DNA of 64,000 nt, taken from contig CAVYRF010000002.1 of the NCBI GenBank assembly GCA_963770895.1, positions 64,001 to 128,000 of the forward strand. Reading direction: 5' to 3'. The notes beneath the pieces were generated by a model. The model saw only the letters and a list, made by a program, of their open reading frames with translations, did not search any database and was not told where the DNA came from. Positions 58,442-64,000 of the stretch are shown here, piece by piece (within the stretch, counting starts at the first letter, position 1; the number at the start of each line of letters is the position of its first letter). The DNA is from an uncultured Acidobacteriota bacterium. Lineage in GTDB: Bacteria; Acidobacteriota; Thermoanaerobaculia; Multivoradales; UBA5704. Both the position numbers and the translations under genes were made by a program.

Positions 58442-60391
58442 ATGACCGACCAACGCGAGACCCTGGAGATCGACGTGCTGTTCGTGGGCGCCGGGCCGGC
58501 CAGCCTGGCCGGCGCCTACCACCTGGCGCAGCGGCTGCGAGCGCACAACGCGCAGGCGGCCAAGCCGGTGGAGCTCAGCATCGGCGTGCTCGAAAAGGGC
58601 AGCGAGATCGGCAGCCACGCCCTGTCCGGCGCGGTCGTCGACCCGCGCGCCTTCGCCGAGCTGTTCCCCGACGATTGGGCCAGCGCGCCCTTTGAAGCGC
58701 CGGTCGGCAAGGAGCAGGTACTGTTCATGACGCGCACCGGCGCGCATTCGATGCCCATCCCGCCGCCGCTCGACAACCACGGCTGCTACGTGGCTTCGCT
58801 CGGCAAGCTCCTCAAGTGGATGGCGCCGCGCGTCGAAGCGGCCGGCGTCGATATCTTCTGTGAGTTCCCGGCGGTCGCCGCGCTGATCGAAGACGGATGC
58901 GTCGTCGGCGTGCGCACCGGCGACCGCGGCGTCGGCCGGCACGGCGAAAAGAAAGCCAACTTCGAGCCCGGCATCGACATCCACACCCGCTGCGTGGTGC
59001 TGGGGGAGGGACCGCGCGGCACCCTCACCAAGCAGCTCGACACCGCGTTCGGCCTGTCGCGCGACAGCAACCCGCAGCTGTACGCCCTGGGCCTCAAGGA
59101 GGTGTGGGACCTGCCGCCCGGCCGCGTCACGCCAGGGGAAATCATCCACACCCTCAACTGGCCGTTGGGCTTCGACCACTTCGGCGGCGGCTTCCTCTAT
59201 GGCATGCAGAACGACCAGCTCATCGTCGGGCTGGTGGTCGGCCTCGATTACAAGAACCCGCTGTTCGATCCGCACCTGGAATTTCAGCGCTTCAAGACCC
59301 ATCCCGCCGTTGCCCGCCTGCTGGCGGGCGGCAAGATGTCGTTCTACGGCGCCAAGGCGATCCCCGAAGGCGGCTGGTGGTCGCTGCCGCGCCTGGGCGG
59401 CGAGGGCTTCCTGCTCATCGGCGACTCGGCCGGGTTCCTGGACAGCCAGCGCCTCAAGGGCATCCACCTGGGCATGAAGTCCGGCATGCTGGCCGCCGAC
59501 GCGATCTTCGAGCAGCTGGTCGCCGGCGGCGCCGGGCCAAGCCATGCCGCTGCAGCCGTGGCCGACGGCGCCGGGCCAAGCCATGCCGCCGCAGCCGCAG
59601 CCGCAGCCAACGCCGCCGTGCCAGGCCCTGCCGCTGCAGCCCTAGCCGGCGCCGCCGGGCCAAGCCCTGCCGCCGTGGCCGCAGCCGACGGCGCTGCCGC
59701 AGCGGCCGCAGGGCCGCTCGCGCCGCTCGCCGCCGCCTTCAAGGCGAAGGTCGATGCCAGCTGGATCCGCCAGCAGCTCTGGCCGGTGCGCAACTTCCAC
59801 CAGGCGTTCGATCACGGTTTTCTGGCGGCGATGTTCCAGGCCGGAGCCGGCCTGATCAGCGGCGGCCGCGGCTGGGGGTTCGCCAATCGCCTGCCGACCC
59901 ACGCCGGCCACGAGCGCATGGTGCCGCTGACGTCGCCCGCCGGCCGCCGCTTCGAGCCGCCGGAGCCGCTCCCCGCGCGCACCACCGCCGCGGGCGCCGC
60001 CGGCACCTCCAGCTCGTCAGCCGCCGCCGCCCCCGGCGCCGCAGCCGCCGACACCACCCAGCTGGTCTTCGACCGCCTGGCCGACGTGTACATGTCCGGC
60101 ACCGCCCACGACGAAGACCAACCGGTCCACCTGCACGTCGCGGACCCCAACATCTGCGTCACTCGCTGCACCACGGAATACCGCAATCCGTGCGAACGCT
60201 TCTGCCCCGCGGCCGTCTATGAGATCGTTCGCGACGCCGCCGGCCCCCGCCTGCAGATCAACGCCGCCAACTGCGTGCATTGCAAGACCTGCGACATCAT
60301 GGACCCCTACGGCATCATCACCTGGGTCCCCCCGAAGGCGGCGGCGGCCCCAATTACAGCAAGATGTAGCGGGGCACGGCTCGCCTCCTGA
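58442..60391 (+). CDS. Electron-transfer flavoprotein-quinone oxidoreductase (apparent 1-nt frameshift near the end; corrected stop at 60369)
   Basis: VGAGPA, SGAV, GDSAG, KGIHLGMKSG, CERFCPAAVYE, NCVHCKTCDI. Confidence 0.92.
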   Translation: MTDQRETLEIDVLFVGAGPASLAGAYHLAQRLRAHNAQAAKPVELSIGVLEKGSEIGSHALSGAVVDPRAFAELFPDDWASAPFEAPVGKEQVLFMTRTGAHSMPIPPPLDNHGCYVASLGKLLKWMAPRVEAAGVDIFCEFPAVAALIEDGCVVGVRTGDRGVGRHGEKKANFEPGIDIHTRCVVLGEGPRGTLTKQLDTAFGLSRDSNPQLYALGLKEVWDLPPGRVTPGEIIHTLNWPLGFDHFGGGFLYGMQNDQLIVGLVVGLDYKNPLFDPHLEFQRFKTHPAVARLLAGGKMSFYGAKAIPEGGWWSLPRLGGEGFLLIGDSAGFLDSQRLKGIHLGMKSGMLAADAIFEQLVAGGAGPSHAAAAVADGAGPSHAAAAAAAANAAVPGPAAAALAGAAGPSPAAVAAADGAAAAAAGPLAPLAAAFKAKVDASWIRQQLWPVRNFHQAFDHGFLAAMFQAGAGLISGGRGWGFANRLPTHAGHERMVPLTSPAGRRFEPPEPLPARTTAAGAAGTSSSSAAAAPGAAAADTTQLVFDRLADVYMSGTAHDEDQPVHLHVADPNICVTRCTTEYRNPCERFCPAAVYEIVRDAAGPRLQINAANCVHCKTCDIMDPYGIITWVPPKAAAAPITARCSGARLAS

Positions 60392-60460
60392 CAGGACCGC
60401 CGCGCCTTCCGACCGGCGCGGCGCTCGTGGCAGGGGCCGCCAAGGGATTGTTGAGCTGAG

Positions 60461-61711
60461 CTAGTTCCGGCGCGACGAGCTGCCGGCCGGCTCGATCACG
60501 CAGTCGCCGCTGTGGGTCGAGATGTGGATGGCGGTGCGGCCATCGCCGCGGCGGGCGCCGACGATCTTGTCGCGGTGGCCGTTGTGCCGCAGCAGCGCGT
60601 CGGCGTAGGCGACGCGCAGGTCGCCGCTGCCCTGGTCGGCCGTGACGTCGAAGGACGCGGCAGGGCCGGCCGTGACCCGCACGTCGCCGCTGCCGGTCTT
60701 GGCCGTCAGCACGCGGGTGTGGCCGAGCGAGCTGACCACCACGACGTTGCCCGAGCCGGTGTCGGCCAGCAGCTCGTCCATTTCAACTCCCAGGACCCGC
60801 ACTTCGCCGCTGCCGGTGTCGGCCACCAGCTTGCCGGCGGCGCCGTCGTGGACGGTGACGTCGCCCGAGCCGGTGTGCAGCATCAGCCGCCCCACCTCCA
60901 CCTTGTCGATGCGCACGTCCCCCGAGCCGGTGTCGATGTTGGCGTTGCCCACCAGCTGGTGCACCACCACGTCGCCCGAACCGGTGTCGATCGAGGTTTC
61001 GCCGCGGCTCAGGCCCAGCTCCACGTCGCCGCTGCCGGTGCCCAGGCGCAGCTGGCCGGTGAACGCATCCAGGCGGATGTCGCCGTTGCCGGTATCGATC
61101 GTCAGGTCGCCCTGCAAGGCGTTGCCGTGCAGGTTGCCCACCAGGTTGCGCAGCGCCATGCCGGCCAGCGGCGGCACGGCGATGCGCAGGTCGGCGTACA
61201 ACGTCGGCGCCGAAGAGCGCCGGCCGGTGTAGACCCGCACCCGCTCACCGCGGTAGGTCGTCGAGCTGGAGCTGTTGTCGAACAGGCTCCAGAAGCTGGA
61301 TTCGGTCTTGTCGCGCGGCTGGGGATAGAAGAACGACCGGTAGCGCTCGACCGGATAGGCCAGCGCCCACTCGTCGCGCCCCTTGCCGTCCTGGGCGCGC
61401 ACCCACTGCATCCCCTGGACCATCCACTGCGTCTCGCTGGCCCCCGACGCCTCGCCGTGGACAGTGGCGTCGACGACCACCTGGTTGCCGGCGCCCGGCA
61501 CCAGCTCCACCTGCCCGGCCAGGTTGGCCAGCCGCAAGATGCCGCCAGGCGTCATCGGGAAGGTCTGGCGGAAGGTGCGAACCAGCGGTTCCGCCGCCAG
61601 CTGCCCGGCCACCAGGCACAGGCCAAGACCGACCAGCACCAGCGGCCGGCGCGCGGCGCGCATCCGGTCCGTTTGCCGTGCGATGGAAAGAAGCGATGTC
61701 GGTCGAGCCAT
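60461..61711 (-). CDS. DUF4097-type beta-strand repeat exported protein
   Basis: Signal peptide; about nine DTGSGDV-like repeats. Confidence 0.85.
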   Translation of the reverse strand: MARPTSLLSIARQTDRMRAARRPLVLVGLGLCLVAGQLAAEPLVRTFRQTFPMTPGGILRLANLAGQVELVPGAGNQVVVDATVHGEASGASETQWMVQGMQWVRAQDGKGRDEWALAYPVERYRSFFYPQPRDKTESSFWSLFDNSSSSTTYRGERVRVYTGRRSSAPTLYADLRIAVPPLAGMALRNLVGNLHGNALQGDLTIDTGNGDIRLDAFTGQLRLGTGSGDVELGLSRGETSIDTGSGDVVVHQLVGNANIDTGSGDVRIDKVEVGRLMLHTGSGDVTVHDGAAGKLVADTGSGEVRVLGVEMDELLADTGSGNVVVVSSLGHTRVLTAKTGSGDVRVTAGPAASFDVTADQGSGDLRVAYADALLRHNGHRDKIVGARRGDGRTAIHISTHSGDCVIEPAGSSSRRN

Positions 61712-61891
61712 GGTGGAATCCTCCGGTTGCCGTCCGCCCCCCACTACGGCGCCGCTTCGCAGAAGGTTGCAAACACCCCCGTCACGGCACACGGGCGGAG
61801 CGCCCTGGGAATCCGGCGAAACCGGGCAGGCCGCCGCCGCCCGGTACCGGGTACCCCGCCGCCCGGCACCCGGCGGTACCCCGCCGCCGAG

Positions 61892-63208
61892 CTAACTTGC
61901 GGCCGGCGCGCCACCGGCGGGCGCGGGCGAAGCGGGCGCGGCGGGGGCGCCAGGGGCGGCGCCGTGGCGCTTCATGATGAGGGCGCCGTTGGTGCCGCCG
62001 AAGCCGAACGAATTGGTCAGAGCGTAGCCGAGATCGGCCGGCCGCGCCGTGTGCGGCACGAAGTCCAGGTCGCACCCTTCCCCCGGCTGCTCCAGGTTGA
62101 TCGTCGGCGGCAGGATCTGGTGGCGCACGGCGAGCGCCAGGATGCCGCATTCGAGGCCGCCCGCGGCGCCCAGCAGGTGACCGGTGGCAGACTTGGTGGA
62201 CGAAACCGCCAGCTGCCGCGCATGGTCGCCGAAGACACGGTGGATGGCCTTCACCTCCGACAGGTCGCCCAGCTGCGTCGAGGTGCCGTGGGCATTGATG
62301 TAGCCGATCGCCTGCGGCGCCAGCTCCGCGTCGTCGAGCGCCGCCTGCATGCAGCGCACCGCGCCGCGCCCTTCGGGGTCGGGCGCCGCCATGTGGTAGG
62401 CGTCGGCGCTCATGCCGTAGCCGACGATCTCGGCATAGATGGGCGCGCCGCGCCGTTCGGCCGCGCCCATCTCTTCGAGGACCACGATGCCGGCCCCCTC
62501 GCCGATGACGAAGCCGTCGCGCCCGGCGTCCCAGGGGCGCGACGCGCGCTGCGGATCGTCGTTGCGGTGGGAAAGGGCGCGCATGGCGCAGAATCCGGCG
62601 ATGGCGAGCGGCGTGATGACCGATTCGGTGCCGCCGGCGAGCATGGCGTCGGCGTGGCCGTGCTGGATCAGCCGGAAGGCATCGCCCACGGCGTGCAGGC
62701 CGGTGGTGCAGGCGGTGGCGGGCGAGGTGTTGGGACCGCGCGCGCCGTAGTGGATGGACACCAGGCCGGCCGCCATGTTGACGATCAGGCCGGGGATGAA
62801 GAACGGCGATACCCGGCCCGGCCCCTTTTCCAGCAGCACGCTGTGGGTCGCTTCGATCAGCGGCAGGCCGCCGATACCCGACCCGATCACGACGCCGACC
62901 CGATCGCCGTTGCCCTGGTCGATGACCAGCCCCGAGTCGGCCAGCGCAAAGCCAGCCGCCGCCAGCGCGTAATGGATGAAGGTGTCGCTCTTCTTGACGT
63001 CCTTCTTGTCCACGTAGTCCAGGGGGTTGAAGCCCTTGACCTCGCCGGCGATGCGCGACGGGTAGTCGGTGGTGTCGAAACGCGTCACCGGACCGATGCC
63101 GCTGTGACCGGCGAGCAAGCCCTGCCAGGTCGGCTGCGTCCCCACGGCAAGGGGGGACACCAGGCCGACCCCGGTGACGACGACACGGCGGCGCGTGGCG
63201 GAGCTCAA
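61892..63208 (-). CDS. fabF: Beta-ketoacyl-ACP synthase II
   Basis: RRVVVTG, TACTTG, NAHGTST, GHLLGAAG, NSFGFGGTN. Confidence 0.96.
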   Translation of the reverse strand: MSSATRRRVVVTGVGLVSPLAVGTQPTWQGLLAGHSGIGPVTRFDTTDYPSRIAGEVKGFNPLDYVDKKDVKKSDTFIHYALAAAGFALADSGLVIDQGNGDRVGVVIGSGIGGLPLIEATHSVLLEKGPGRVSPFFIPGLIVNMAAGLVSIHYGARGPNTSPATACTTGLHAVGDAFRLIQHGHADAMLAGGTESVITPLAIAGFCAMRALSHRNDDPQRASRPWDAGRDGFVIGEGAGIVVLEEMGAAERRGAPIYAEIVGYGMSADAYHMAAPDPEGRGAVRCMQAALDDAELAPQAIGYINAHGTSTQLGDLSEVKAIHRVFGDHARQLAVSSTKSATGHLLGAAGGLECGILALAVRHQILPPTINLEQPGEGCDLDFVPHTARPADLGYALTNSFGFGGTNGALIMKRHGAAPGAPAAPASPAPAGGAPAAS

Positions 63209-63257
63209 GATCTCTCGATGGGTGTTGACGCTGGCGCTGGAAGGATGATCTGCAGGA

Positions 63258-63500
63258 TCAGTTCTGATCCCCGGCGTTCTGCTCGATGTAGTCCACCGCC
63301 TCTTTGACGTTGCCGATCTTTTCCGCTTCTTCGTCCGGGATCTCGATCCCGAACTCTTCTTCGAAAGCCATCACCAGCTCGACGATGTCGAGGGAGTCGG
63401 CACCAAGGTCGTCGGTGAAGCTCGCTTCCATGGTCACCTCGTCCTCATCCACCCCGAGCTGCTCGACGATGATGCTCTTGACCCTATCCGCTACAGCCAT
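63258..63500 (-). CDS. acpP: Acyl carrier protein
   Basis: [12 protein letters not shown]; AAGGAGG RBS. Confidence 0.97.
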   Translation of the reverse strand: MAVADRVKSIIVEQLGVDEDEVTMEASFTDDLGADSLDIVELVMAFEEEFGIEIPDEEAEKIGNVKEAVDYIEQNAGDQN

Positions 63501-63634
63501 CGGTTGCCCTCCTTGAAATGTCCCGCGTCGCGGCACACAGAGCGCGGTTCTAACATAAAGCCCCCCCGCTGGTCCATGGCGCGCAGGGCGCGAGCGGTGT
63601 GACAGAGCCGCCGCGCTTCAGGCTCCGCAGGCGC

Positions 63635-64000
63635 TCAGATGTAGAGACCTCCTGACACGTTGAGCGCCTGGCCGGTCACGTAGCCGGCCTGGTCGCTCGC
63701 CAGATACAGCACGGCGGCCGCCACGTCGGCGACCTGCCCCAGACGTCCCAGCGCGATGCCCCCGGTCAGCTCGGCGCGCGCCGCTTCGGGCAGCGCCGCG
63801 GTCATCGCCGTTTCAATGTAGCCGGGAGCGACCACGTTGACGGTGATGTTGCGGCTGCCCAGCTCGCGGGCGAGCGACTTGCTGAAACCGATCAGCCCCG
63901 CCTTGGCGGCTGCGTAGTTGGCCTGGCCGGCGTTGCCCATCAACCCCACCACCGAGGAGACGCTGATGATCCGCCCCCATCGGCGCCGGATCATACCGCG
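63635..64000 (-). CDS. fabG: 3-oxoacyl-ACP reductase (3' part)
   Basis: GNAGQANYAAAK, VAPGYIET; upstream of acpP-fabF. Confidence 0.93.
   Translation of the reverse strand, partial: RGMIRRRWGRIISVSSVVGLMGNAGQANYAAAKAGLIGFSKSLARELGSRNITVNVVAPGYIETAMTAALPEAARAELTGGIALGRLGQVADVAAAVLYLASDQAGYVTGQALNVSGGLYI

Noticed and set aside
61830-61890. Short GC-rich CCGCCGCCCGG(T/C)ACC repeats after fabF
   Set aside because: Too short and low-complexity to assign a function.

Overview
GC-rich bacterial DNA (about 70% by eye), most likely Acidobacteriota, class Thermoanaerobaculia-like. That placement is inferred from an ADOP-type permease and a secreted protein with a C-terminal LCLxxGRF...WVFxxGLTNV domain. 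The core is a 16-kb minus-strand his-trp superoperon (hisZ-G-D-C::B-H-A-F-IE-trpE-G-D-C-F-B-A). It has a near-consensus sigma70 promoter and an attenuator whose leader peptide ends in W-R-H-D-V-H-P-P-H. Around it lie msrA, an oxalate decarboxylase, ligA, a two-domain rnhA, polX, an M16 peptidase pair, a sigma54 module, hisS, tRNA-His, aroD-aroE, ETF-QO and fabG-acpP-fabF. Most notable: (1) the tRNA-His lacks the near-universal G-1:C73 identity (it has C-1, G1.U72, G73) and lies 3 kb from a Caulobacter/Rhizobiales-type HisRS; (2) a probable dual His/Trp attenuator; (3) a chimeric HisG/HisZ 37-aa bridge ORF that preserves translational coupling; (4) dispersed double-Gly, Cys-rich RiPP-like precursors and an array of small secreted Cys-rich peptides; (5) several single-gene cassettes bracketed by diverged direct repeats, a CTAG-flanked palindromic MITE-like element, a G-tract VNTR inside the trp genes, and a low-GC candidate defence gene beside the tRNA. 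All family calls come from motif recognition; no database search was run.
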